Below are positions 21,260 through 29,912 of a stretch of 40,499 nt of DNA, one piece after another; within the stretch, counting starts at the first letter, position 1; every line of letters starts with the position of its first letter. The notes below the pieces were generated by a model. The model had not been told where the DNA came from, made no database searches, and worked only from the letters and a program-made list of their open reading frames with translations. A program made the position numbers and the translations under genes. Origin of the DNA: Proteobacteria bacterium UBA3413 (GTDB lineage Bacteria; Pseudomonadota; Gammaproteobacteria; Magnimaribacterales; D2472); the NCBI GenBank assembly GCA_002358345.1, contig DEOR01000044.1, positions 24,169 to 64,667 of the forward strand, written 5' to 3'.

Positions 21260-22012
21260 ATGAGAATTGAACGTTTTATGAGTTTTAAAGACAAAACTGC
21301 TGTGATCACAGGCGGCACATCCGGCATTGGTTATGAGATGGTACGCATCCTTGAGCCATATAACAAGGTTCTGGTTGTGGCGCGGCAAAGCCCTCGGCTT
21401 GAAACGTTACAGGCAGAATTTCCATCCATCGATATTTACCCGGCGGATCTTTCAAAGCCACAAGAATACGAGGCGCTGGCAGATCGTATTATCAAAGATC
21501 ACAGCCATATTGATGTTTTGATCAACAATGCAGCCGTGCAAAATACACCGACCTATTTGTCCGATGAATTCTCATATGACTCTATGATCCCGGAAATCCA
21601 TTTGAATTTCACATCCGTATGCGCGTTGAGCTATTTGCTGCTTCCGGCTTTGCTCAATGAAAAACGCGAGGCAGTGATTGTCAATATAAATTCGGGCTTG
21701 GCGCTTGCACCGAAAACCGGATCGGCCATCTATTGTGCAACAAAAGGCGGAATGAACGTCTTTTCACAAAGTCTTGGCTATCAACTTGAACACACCAATA
21801 TCCGCGTGATGCAAGCCTTCCTGCCGTTGGTTGAAACACCGATGACGGAGGGGCGCGGTTCAGGGAAAATTTCTGCGCAAAACGCCGCATTCGACATCAT
21901 CCTAGGCATTGAAAAAGGCGTGAGCGTTGAAAATATCGGCAAGGCCAAAATATTGCGCTTCTTATTGGCTGTCGCGCCGAAATTAGCCCGTAAAATTATG
22001 AAAGGAAGTTAA
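21260..22012 (+). CDS. Short-chain dehydrogenase/reductase (DltE-like)
   Basis: TGGTSGIG, 'INNAAV', 'NINSGLA' and YCATK catalytic motif. GAGG SD upstream. Confidence 0.9.
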   Translation: MRIERFMSFKDKTAVITGGTSGIGYEMVRILEPYNKVLVVARQSPRLETLQAEFPSIDIYPADLSKPQEYEALADRIIKDHSHIDVLINNAAVQNTPTYLSDEFSYDSMIPEIHLNFTSVCALSYLLLPALLNEKREAVIVNINSGLALAPKTGSAIYCATKGGMNVFSQSLGYQLEHTNIRVMQAFLPLVETPMTEGRGSGKISAQNAAFDIILGIEKGVSVENIGKAKILRFLLAVAPKLARKIMKGS

Positions 22013-22014
22013 AC

Positions 22015-22461
22015 ATGAACACTCTACGCACATTATTTTTATTGGGAGGAATCCTTATGCTTATGACACCATCCCTCGCTCTTGCGAAAGATTTAACCGT
22101 CACGGTGACGGATATCGACACATCCCGCCCCGGCCAAATTATGGTCATGTATTACGGTGAGGATGGGTTTCCAAAAGACCATGCCAAAGCGATTTCTATT
22201 CAGACGCAAAATGTGAGCGAGAATACAAAGACAATGCGCTTTCAATTTAATATTGATCGTGAATCCTTTGCCTTCAAAATCCTGCATGATGAAGATATGA
22301 CCGGCGAAGTTGGCAAAAACTGGACAGGGATTATTCCGTCCGAAGGGCTTGGGTTTTCCAATGGCGCAACGCTAGGTTTCGGCCCGCCGTCTTTTGAAAA
22401 AGCTGTGCTGCAAACAAATGAAACCGGTGCAGAAATCATTATTCCAATCATTTATCCTTAA
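22015..22461 (+). CDS. DUF2141-family secreted protein
   Basis: Signal peptide (ALA-K) and 'HDED..G....N..G..P.EG.GFSN....GPPSF' motif. Confidence 0.85.
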   Translation: MNTLRTLFLLGGILMLMTPSLALAKDLTVTVTDIDTSRPGQIMVMYYGEDGFPKDHAKAISIQTQNVSENTKTMRFQFNIDRESFAFKILHDEDMTGEVGKNWTGIIPSEGLGFSNGATLGFGPPSFEKAVLQTNETGAEIIIPIIYP

Positions 22462-22476
22462 GAAAGCGATACAAAC

Positions 22477-23160
22477 ATGAAATCACTTCTCAAAATTATG
22501 CTCACACTGGCTTTGTTTTTCGCCAGTACCTTTATCATTCTGAAATCAACCGGCATGATCACGGTTGAGAAGATTGAGCTTTGGCTGGAAATGGCAAAAA
22601 CCGCCAACCCTCTTTATGTCGGCGCGATTATAGCGGGTTTGTTGTTTGCTGACTTGTTTGTCGCCGTACCGACATTGACCGTTATGATTTTGGGTGGGTT
22701 TTTCTTAGGGCCAATCTACGGTGCGATCGCAGGAGTTATCGGCCTCTTCGCCGCAGGTACATGTGGCTATGGAATTAGCCGTAAATACGGCGATTACCTG
22801 ATCAATTTCCTAATCAAAGATTCGGAAAAACGCGCAGAAGCGATTGCGATGTTCCGCGAGCATGGCGCAATTGTCATCCTGCTCTCCCGCGCGACACCCA
22901 TTTTACCCGAAGTCTCAGCGTGTATGGCGGGTATGACACGCATGCCGTTTAGGAAATTCCTGGCACTCTGGCTTATCAGCGCAGTGCCGGTTGCGGTTAT
23001 CGCTGCCTATGCCGGATCGATCAGCACATTGGAAGATCCCATGCCCGCCATCCTCACTATTATCGGCCTCAGCGCATTTTTCTGGACAGGCTGGTTCATT
23101 TTCAAACGCATACAGAAGAGGAAAGGCTCTCTTAAGCCTGCGCCGAAACTGGATGTATAA
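22477..23160 (+). CDS. DedA/TVP38 (VTT/SNARE-associated) membrane protein
   Basis: Multiple TMs, 'ADLFVAVP...G..LG', 'SRATPILPEV...AG...MPF.KF'. Confidence 0.85.
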   Translation: MKSLLKIMLTLALFFASTFIILKSTGMITVEKIELWLEMAKTANPLYVGAIIAGLLFADLFVAVPTLTVMILGGFFLGPIYGAIAGVIGLFAAGTCGYGISRKYGDYLINFLIKDSEKRAEAIAMFREHGAIVILLSRATPILPEVSACMAGMTRMPFRKFLALWLISAVPVAVIAAYAGSISTLEDPMPAILTIIGLSAFFWTGWFIFKRIQKRKGSLKPAPKLDV

Positions 23161-23371
23161 CCCCCAACCCGAAAACAAGGTTTAACACATGACACATTAC
23201 ACAGCAGCAAGAGGCATAATAATGAATGATAAATATGATAATCACACGCCCGAAGATGCGGCAAGAGGGATAACACGCAAGCAAAAAATAGAGCCTGCTA
23301 ATACGCAAAAAACAAACTCACGGGCTTTGTTTTTAAAAGAGTGGATGAAACGCCCGAATTGGGGTTTTGCC

Positions 23372-23983
23372 ATGAAAAAATTTGCATTTGCACTTTTTTT
23401 ATTTCTTTCATCTTATGGTTTCACTGAATCACTAGAGTATGTTGTCGAGCGTAAAGGAAAAGAAATTGGAACCCACTCATTCATTTTTTCACAAAGTGAT
23501 GGGGGCATGAAGGTTCAAATATCCACAAATATTGTGGTTAAGTTAGGCTTCATTCCTGTTTATAAATTTATTCATGATGGTTTGGAAACTTGGACCAATG
23601 GAGTTCTCATAGGATACGATTCAACAACAAATGACAATGGAGCAGACAAATTTTTGAAATTTTATGGTAATTCCATTCATAGCAGCCGGGGCGATTTTCC
23701 CACCTTAGGAAATACCTACATCCCTACAAGTCTTTGGAGCATCTCAACCATCAAAGCAACTGAACTTTTGAGTACTCTTGATGGCCGACCTATGAAAGTA
23801 TCCTTTCAAGCCCTTGGAGAAGAAGATATTTTGACCAAGAGCAGGAAAAAACTTAGAGCAAGGCATTTCTCAATGAAAGGTGATTTAGAAAGAGAGCTTT
23901 GGTATGACAATAAAGATAGGTTAGTTCAAGTTAAATTCAAGGGGGGTGATGGATCTACCATTAACTATATCTTAGATGAATAA
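23372..23983 (+). CDS. DUF6134-like exported beta-rich protein
   Basis: A clean signal peptide starts at internal Met62 (ATG 23372, MKKFAFALFLFLSSYG). Motifs 'YVVERKGKEIGTH.F.F', 'E.W..G.L....S.T.DNG' and 'LWYD...RLV'. The in-frame upstream extension to 23189 looks unrelated. Confidence 0.65.
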   Translation: MKKFAFALFLFLSSYGFTESLEYVVERKGKEIGTHSFIFSQSDGGMKVQISTNIVVKLGFIPVYKFIHDGLETWTNGVLIGYDSTTNDNGADKFLKFYGNSIHSSRGDFPTLGNTYIPTSLWSISTIKATELLSTLDGRPMKVSFQALGEEDILTKSRKKLRARHFSMKGDLERELWYDNKDRLVQVKFKGGDGSTINYILDE

Positions 23984-24079
23984 ATAATGCTCCGATGAAT
24001 ATTTTGTTATTGGAAGACTGTCGAGTAAGTTCAAACAAAGAATTAGATTTGTAATATGGGAAGAAAAATTAGTTGAAAG

Positions 24080-24123
24080 ATTGAGTTGGTAATAGAATTT
24101 GTATCATCTCATTCCCACTCAAT
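24080..24123. terminator. Imperfect hairpin between convergent genes, possible bidirectional terminator
   Basis: ATTGAGTTGGTAATAGA...TCTCATTCCCACTCAAT, with a 7-bp perfect outer stem and further imperfect pairing. No clear U-tract. Confidence 0.3.
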
Positions 24124-24173
24124 AGTTAATACTGATTTACCAGCAGTATCATAGATGGTCCCAGACATTATCT

Positions 24174-25148
24174 TCATTCTGAATAAAGATTTACTATTTG
24201 ATCACCATTTTGAATATTTTTAATATTCTGAAAAAACAAGTCAAATGCTCTCTCTAAGGATAAGAGTGAGTGCGCTGAATCATGAGCCGAAATAAAGCAA
24301 TTCTTAGCTGTCCAAAGCGAAGAGGAATTCTCAAGGGGCTCATTCTTTATTGTATCCAATGCAGCCGCAGAAATTTCTTCACTATTCAATGCATCTGCAA
24401 GGTCAAGCTCATTAATTGCAGTGCCTCGACCTACGTTAATTAACATCGCTGAGTTGTTAAGTTTTTTTAGAACGTCTGCATTTATGACGTCTCTAGTTTG
24501 AGCGCTGTCGGGTAAAGCGAGCACCAAGTAATCGGTTAAAGGGAGCAATGCCTCAAACTGATCCAACCCCAAAACCTCGTCAGCATATTCATCATCTACT
24601 GGATTACGCTTGATCCCAGTTACCCTCATACCAAAAGCTTTACCTAACTTAGCCACTTGTTTACCAATGCCTCCATACCCCAGAATCACCAAGGTTTTAT
24701 CTGTAAGCTCACCATCTCCAGCTATTGGAGCCCAGTGCTTAGATTGTTGAAACTCAATGTGCTGATCTATTCTCTTGTTCCATCTTAATATTTGCGAAAA
24801 AACATAATGGGCAATTGGAATTGCATAAACGCTACTTGCATTAGCAATTTGAATATTTTCTATTTTTAAAATAGCTTGGAGTATTGGGGAATCCATTCCA
24901 GCAAACCCACTTTGAATAAACTTCATTCGCTTGGATAATATCAATAAAGCATCGTGAATTTCTGGGTGATCTCTAGCTGCAAATAAGAATTGATAGCACA
25001 TAAATAAAGCATCTGATTCAGGAATAGCTTCCCAGGCTGGATCCCGGGAATCTAGAGGATTTAGTGCAATAATCTCCATTGAGGGGTCAAAAGAAAGTAG
25101 CTCAGACCTGTATAACTTATTATTATCTTCAGATATTACGATTCTCAT
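24174..25148 (-). CDS. D-isomer-specific 2-hydroxyacid dehydrogenase
   Basis: GYGGIG Rossmann motif, 'INVGRG' (Arg), 'EPL' (Glu) and 'SAH' (His). Confidence 0.88.
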   Translation of the reverse strand: MRIVISEDNNKLYRSELLSFDPSMEIIALNPLDSRDPAWEAIPESDALFMCYQFLFAARDHPEIHDALLILSKRMKFIQSGFAGMDSPILQAILKIENIQIANASSVYAIPIAHYVFSQILRWNKRIDQHIEFQQSKHWAPIAGDGELTDKTLVILGYGGIGKQVAKLGKAFGMRVTGIKRNPVDDEYADEVLGLDQFEALLPLTDYLVLALPDSAQTRDVINADVLKKLNNSAMLINVGRGTAINELDLADALNSEEISAAALDTIKNEPLENSSSLWTAKNCFISAHDSAHSLLSLERAFDLFFQNIKNIQNGDQIVNLYSE

Positions 25149-26689
25149 GAGCCATCCTTTAATACATATTTCATAACTTTTCCGGCAGCATTGGTAGGCA
25201 AGTCTTTGGTAAACTCTATTTCTCTTGGGACCTTGTAATTAGCCATGTTCTCTTTGCACCAGTGCATAAGTGTCTTAGCGTTCAAAGTTTGACTAGGTTT
25301 TAAAACAATAAAGGCTTTAGCAACCTCTCCCATTCTATCATCGTCAATACCTATAACCGCTGCTTGAGAAATTGCAGGATGATCGCAAAGGATATTTTCT
25401 ATTTCAGCGGGGTATGCATTAAAGCCTCCAACAATAAACATATCTTTGCTTCGATCTGTTATTTTGATATAGCCGCGTTCATCCAGTATTCCTATATCGC
25501 CTGTATGCAACCAACCCGATGCATCTATAGCTTCATTGGTGGCCTCTGGATTGTTAAAGTAACCGCTGGTCACGTTGTATCCTCTGACAAGAATTTCACC
25601 TGGACTTCCTGCCAAAACTTCCTCTCCATTGGAATCTATACATTTAACCTCAACCCCAGCAATAGCACAGCCAGAAGTTGTTGCGATGGTTTCATAATCA
25701 TCATCAGGAGTACACATAGTGACAACGCCTGTGCTTTCGGTCAGCCCATAGGCGGTGATAACTGTTTCAAAACCTAGTTGCTCTTTCATGTCTTTGATCA
25801 ATTGAACCGGAATGGAAGCTGCTCCAGTGACCCCAAGCCTCAAAGAGGAAATATCTACGTGGCCAAGCTTTTCGCTTGTAAGGATAGATTGATACAAGGT
25901 GGGAGGGCCTGGCAGCATCGAAATCTTTTTCTCATGAATCATGTCAATAATTTTATCTGCATCAAATACTGCACAAGGATAAGCCGTCGCTCCCCTCATA
26001 ATTGAAGCAAGCCAGCCAGCTTTATAACCAAAGGTATGAAAAAAGGGATTAACTATTAAATATTTATCATCTTGGTTCAACCCTATATATTTTGACCAGT
26101 AATCAAAAACTTTAATATTCTGACCATGAGTTGAAATGACTCCTTTGGGCTTGCCGGTCGTGCCAGAGGTAAAAATAATATCTGCAAGGTCTTCTTCATT
26201 CACGGATGGAAGATCAATTTTTAAGGAAGAATGCATTAACGAAGAAAGATGAGAGACATCTGAAGATTTATTCTCATCCAAGGCAATTCGATGCTCTAAA
26301 AATGGGAGGTCCTCATGAGACAGAAGGTTGAAATAATTTAAGCCAAGGAATTCATTCATGCTAAAAAGAATTTTTGCTTGGGAGTTATTGAGGATGTATG
26401 CAGCTTCCTTGCCTTTCATCCGGGTATTGATAGGAACAACTACTCCACCTGCTTTCTGCGTGCCAATAGCAGCTAACACCCATGCATTAATATTCGGGGC
26501 CCAAATTGCTACTCTATCGCCCTTGCCAATACCTATATTGATTAAATTTTTTGCGATCTGGGTTGATTGAGTGTCTAAATCTTCAAATGTGAGCACGCTA
26601 TACTCTGAAACTAAGGCTTCTCTTCGTCCATGCTTCAAAGCCTGCCGTTTGATCAGCTCCGGAATTGTCAGATTTGATGCTGTATTCAA
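25145..26689 (-). CDS. fadD3: FadD3-like acyl-CoA ligase (putative HIP-CoA ligase)
   Basis: AMP-binding FTSGTTGKPKG, YGLTE and TGD. 'NPFFHTFGYKAG' and 'IVGGFNAYPAEIE' are typical of FadD3. Steroid cluster context. Confidence 0.8.
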   Translation of the reverse strand: MNTASNLTIPELIKRQALKHGRREALVSEYSVLTFEDLDTQSTQIAKNLINIGIGKGDRVAIWAPNINAWVLAAIGTQKAGGVVVPINTRMKGKEAAYILNNSQAKILFSMNEFLGLNYFNLLSHEDLPFLEHRIALDENKSSDVSHLSSLMHSSLKIDLPSVNEEDLADIIFTSGTTGKPKGVISTHGQNIKVFDYWSKYIGLNQDDKYLIVNPFFHTFGYKAGWLASIMRGATAYPCAVFDADKIIDMIHEKKISMLPGPPTLYQSILTSEKLGHVDISSLRLGVTGAASIPVQLIKDMKEQLGFETVITAYGLTESTGVVTMCTPDDDYETIATTSGCAIAGVEVKCIDSNGEEVLAGSPGEILVRGYNVTSGYFNNPEATNEAIDASGWLHTGDIGILDERGYIKITDRSKDMFIVGGFNAYPAEIENILCDHPAISQAAVIGIDDDRMGEVAKAFIVLKPSQTLNAKTLMHWCKENMANYKVPREIEFTKDLPTNAAGKVMKYVLKDGS

Positions 26690-27141
26690 TCTAAGATCCT
26701 TGCCCAGCGATAATCATATTTATAATATTTTAAACCAATGGACGATTCAAAAAACCTTACGCCTGGCAACGAGGAAATGTCCTCATAGAGAACTCTGGAA
26801 AGTTTGGTAATATCTTCCGCAAGAATAAATGCCATCAAATCATGGCGACCTATTAAGGTTGAAACAAATCTTACTTCCTTCATTTTTGATAGGGATTTAG
26901 CAATTGAATCTTTTGATCGAGTTTCAACATCTAGGCCTACAAATGCTACTGCGGGATTATCCATCCTGTTGATATTATTAATCACAGCAATTTTAATAAT
27001 TTTATTCTGAATTAGTTTCTGAATTCTGTTTCGCACAGTACCTTCGGTCACGCCAATGGCTTTTGCCATTTGGTTGTTTGACATTCTGGCATCAGCGCCG
27101 AGGAGTTGAATAATCTGTTTATCTGTCAGATCAAGCTTCAT
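26686..27141 (-). CDS. Lrp/AsnC family transcriptional regulator
   Basis: 'LDLTDKQIIQLL..DARMSN..MA..IGVTEGTVRNRI.KL' HTH plus a RAM domain ('G.HDL'). The likely start is ATG 27141, overlapping the upstream stop. Confidence 0.9.
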   Translation of the reverse strand: MKLDLTDKQIIQLLGADARMSNNQMAKAIGVTEGTVRNRIQKLIQNKIIKIAVINNINRMDNPAVAFVGLDVETRSKDSIAKSLSKMKEVRFVSTLIGRHDLMAFILAEDITKLSRVLYEDISSLPGVRFFESSIGLKYYKYDYRWARILD

Positions 27142-27598
27142 TTGCAAAGGGAGTCCAATCGGTTTCAAATTTATAAACATTTGATGCAATTGCTGGCGCG
27201 ATGCTTTTTATACCAGGGATTGCTGGCAACGTTTGATCTAAAAATATTTTAGTTTCTTGAAGCGTTTGTGTGGCGCAAAGGATCTCAAGATCTTGAATTC
27301 CGCTAACGACATTTACGCTAAATACTTCATTTAAACGAGAAAGAATATCAGCAACCTCCTCTAGCTTTTCGCCATGGACTCTTATTCCAATCGGCAAAAG
27401 GTAATCAAAACCACATTTCTCAAAGTCTGCAATGGCAATAATTTTACAGAAACCGCCCTCGATAATTTTAGTGAGTCTTTTGCTAACGGTGACTTCGTTT
27501 ACCGAGAGTTGTTCAGCAATATATTTTGCAGGCGCACGTCCATCGCTCTCTAAGATTTTAAGTATTTTATGATCTAAATCATCGAGGGAAACTTTCAC
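27131..27598 (-). CDS. Lrp/AsnC family transcriptional regulator
   Basis: 'LDDLDHKILKILESDGR.....IA..LSV...TV..RL' HTH plus a RAM domain ('SG..DL'). Confidence 0.9.
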   Translation of the reverse strand: MKVSLDDLDHKILKILESDGRAPAKYIAEQLSVNEVTVSKRLTKIIEGGFCKIIAIADFEKCGFDYLLPIGIRVHGEKLEEVADILSRLNEVFSVNVVSGIQDLEILCATQTLQETKIFLDQTLPAIPGIKSIAPAIASNVYKFETDWTPFANEA

Positions 27599-27626
27599 TG
27601 GAGGAAATATTAAAGAATTATGAGGG

Positions 27627-28472
27627 TTAGAATTCTCTTTTTTCTAAATCTAGACCAGCAGGGATATCTTCTCTGTTCACCAGAAACTGGCCATACCATT
27701 TACGTAATTTATGTAAAGGGCCGTCTCCATCGCAAACCACTGGATCTGGAATATAGATTTTATTCTCCCAAATTTGAACATCCTGGCCAAATGCAAAGTT
27801 ATTAGCATCAACATATCCCTGAATAAATGCAGCCTCATCTTCGGCAGACATTCCAGGTACCTTTTTTACCATGACTCCAAAGTTAATTTGAAAGGAAGTC
27901 AGAGTTAAGGGTATGTGTGTAACAGCAAGTCTACTTTCAACTTTCTGACCATCATAAATGGCGCTCATGTAAGTTGTCATATAGGCCGGCCCCTCATAAG
28001 TTGCCTGAGAAAATAGATCTCTTCCAAGAATCGGGCTATCCGCTGTCATTTCTTGGGTGTATGTATGATCTTTTGCTTCATTCCAAAAGCCTTCAAATGG
28101 CGCCTGATGCACTGGACCAAAGTGGCCTTTATCAGCCATATTATCAATTAACTCTCTACAGTTATTTTTAACTAAAAAGCTTGCCATGCTGTACTCAGAC
28201 CAATCATCTGAGTAACATTCTTCAATTTTTTTAGGTAAAAAATCTGGGGCTTGACCCTCAGCATCATGCCACACCATAACCATTTGATTAATCTCTAGTA
28301 TTGGCCATGGCTCTTGATCGCCAAGATCGAGGCTGATGGAGTTATCCTCTAACCTTTGCACTTGAAGCTTTCTATTAAATCCGTAGATTGTTTTTATCTC
28401 TCCAACTAAAAAATCTCGCTGGTGACCCAGGACAAACCATCCTCTAGGAAATCTATCTGGTAAATCGCTCAT
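27627..28472 (-). CDS. kshA: 3-ketosteroid 9-alpha-hydroxylase oxygenase catalytic part (KshA lacking the Rieske cluster ligands)
   Basis: KshA motifs 'RFPRGW', 'VWHD.EG', 'NCRELIDNMAD.GHF..VH' (bridging Asp and two Fe His), 'F.QDV.IW..K' and 'DGP...LRKWY.QF'. There is no CxH or CxxH. The likely start is ATG 28472 (GGAG SD). Confidence 0.85.
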   Translation of the reverse strand: MSDLPDRFPRGWFVLGHQRDFLVGEIKTIYGFNRKLQVQRLEDNSISLDLGDQEPWPILEINQMVMVWHDAEGQAPDFLPKKIEECYSDDWSEYSMASFLVKNNCRELIDNMADKGHFGPVHQAPFEGFWNEAKDHTYTQEMTADSPILGRDLFSQATYEGPAYMTTYMSAIYDGQKVESRLAVTHIPLTLTSFQINFGVMVKKVPGMSAEDEAAFIQGYVDANNFAFGQDVQIWENKIYIPDPVVCDGDGPLHKLRKWYGQFLVNREDIPAGLDLEKREF

Positions 28473-28489
28473 TTTTTTCTCCAATTTTT

Positions 28490-28927
28490 TTACTCAAACC
28501 TCTGTCCATTAGGCTCTGCAGGCTTAGCATCTTTGTCAAACCAAGCATATATCATGCCATCAATCTCATCTATCTCCCAAGAGCGTGTGACCGCCTTGGT
28601 GGGAATATTTTTAGCGTAAGGAATCTCATCACAGTGACCGTCTCCTGCCCAGCGCCATGAATGAAATGGGCATCTAATGCTATTGCCATCCACTTCGCCG
28701 CAAGCAAGCGAAGCGCCCATGTGTTTGCAGTAAAGATCTAAGCCTCTGAGAGTAGAGTCTTCACCTCTCCACACAACTATTTGCGTTGGAAAACTCTCAA
28801 CCTGCAGAGCTTGTTTAATTTTAATTTGACTACTATCTGCAATTTTATACCAGCCAGATGCTAGATTGCTCTCACTTATATTTCTTTGCTCGGGCAACTC
28901 GGGCGCTATTAGCTCCTGATCAGTCAA
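28490..28927 (-). CDS. Stand-alone KshA-type Rieske [2Fe-2S] domain protein
   Basis: 'YCKHMGASL' and 'CPFHSWRWAGDG.C..IPYAK..P..A.TRSW' match the KshA N-terminal Rieske domain. TTG start with GGGAG SD; ends after 145 aa. Confidence 0.88.
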   Translation of the reverse strand: MTDQELIAPELPEQRNISESNLASGWYKIADSSQIKIKQALQVESFPTQIVVWRGEDSTLRGLDLYCKHMGASLACGEVDGNSIRCPFHSWRWAGDGHCDEIPYAKNIPTKAVTRSWEIDEIDGMIYAWFDKDAKPAEPNGQRFE

Positions 28928-29039
28928 AATATTCTCCCTATATTTAATTGTCTTATATTAACTATTATATAAATGCAGCAATTAATCAACGAGTATCAGG
29001 TCGATTTGTTTTGTCAATTCTATCTCCAGAATACATAAC

Positions 29040-29912
29040 TCAAACTATAGATGCGACGATTTTCTCAGCTGCAATTAGTTGATTGAGGTCCTTGGACGTT
29101 GGAACTAACAAGACATCTGTTGCTCCGGCTGCCTTGATCTCAAGTAAAAATTCTTTTAAATCTCTTTCTGTGCCAGCTAATCCTGCTGTTTTGGAGAGCT
29201 CGGATGCTAAATCTTCTCCCATCCAGCCTAGGTATCGTTTGAGATGGATTTGAATATCTTGCCTGGCAGTTGCTTCGAGGCCAAACCAAAAACTTGTTAC
29301 CAATCTTGGTGCTCTATTGGATGCGGCGAACGCTGTGATTACTCGCTGAAAAGAATCTTTAATTTCTTCTATATCTGCATTAAATGAAAAACCTGCTAGG
29401 CCATCTGCAAAATCTGCGGCCATGGACATAGCCTTGGGGCCAACTGCGCCAGCAAGAATTTCGGGACCATTGCTAGAAAAAAGCTCAGGACCTAATTCTG
29501 GATGTAGCTCTTGAGACCAGATCGATTGCATAATCTTCACTTTTTCAGCTAATAAAGCCCATCTTCTTTGGGACCAATCAGCTCCAATAGCCTGATAGTC
29601 CTCTTCTCGACCACCCACTCCAACACCCAAAGTAAAGCGACCTTCCGAAAGCATATCAATGGTTGCAAATTGCTTCGCGCTCAAGACGGGATCATGCATT
29701 GTTAGAACGGAAATAGTAGCAATGATTTCTACCCGGGTTGTCCAGGCTGCTACAGCACTTAAAGTGGAAATGAACTCTGGATTTGAAAAAAGAACTCTTT
29801 CTCCAAGCGCTATATGAGACCAAGGCCCTGAATCAATCTGCTTGGTCCAAGCCTCAAGATCCTGGCGAGTTAGCCCTGGCTCCATGACCGGAAGGGTCAT
29901 GCCTATTTTCAT
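29040..29912 (-). CDS. LLM-class flavin-dependent oxidoreductase
   Basis: '[11 protein letters not shown]', 'P...[25 protein letters not shown]' luciferase-like motifs. Confidence 0.88.
   Translation of the reverse strand: MKIGMTLPVMEPGLTRQDLEAWTKQIDSGPWSHIALGERVLFSNPEFISTLSAVAAWTTRVEIIATISVLTMHDPVLSAKQFATIDMLSEGRFTLGVGVGGREEDYQAIGADWSQRRWALLAEKVKIMQSIWSQELHPELGPELFSSNGPEILAGAVGPKAMSMAADFADGLAGFSFNADIEEIKDSFQRVITAFAASNRAPRLVTSFWFGLEATARQDIQIHLKRYLGWMGEDLASELSKTAGLAGTERDLKEFLLEIKAAGATDVLLVPTSKDLNQLIAAEKIVASIV

Larger units (their letters stand above)
20494..24173. mobile_element. Putative horizontally acquired islet downstream of tRNA-Arg (no integrase seen)
   Basis: Located at a tRNA 3' end. 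Region ~20650-23370 is visibly GC/CpG-richer (sample lines 52-58% GC versus 28-43% in sampled host lines), and spacers are longer than elsewhere. Confidence 0.55.

Noticed and set aside
23995-24054. Mini-ORF MNILLLEDCRVSSNKELDL resembling a response-regulator N-terminus
   Set aside because: Only 19 aa with no SD and no continuing receiver motifs in other frames; compatible with chance.
24129-24149. ATACTG-N9-CAGTAT resembling a LexA SOS box
   Set aside because: Spacing is CTG-N9-CAG rather than N10, and it lies between convergent gene ends, not in a promoter.
28473-28489. Frameshift or sequencing error in the homopolymer tracts between the Rieske and KshA ORFs
   Set aside because: Fusing the ORFs would duplicate the N-terminal GW and W..E...W strands. 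The second gene has its own SD and KshA N-terminus, so a single indel cannot explain the split.
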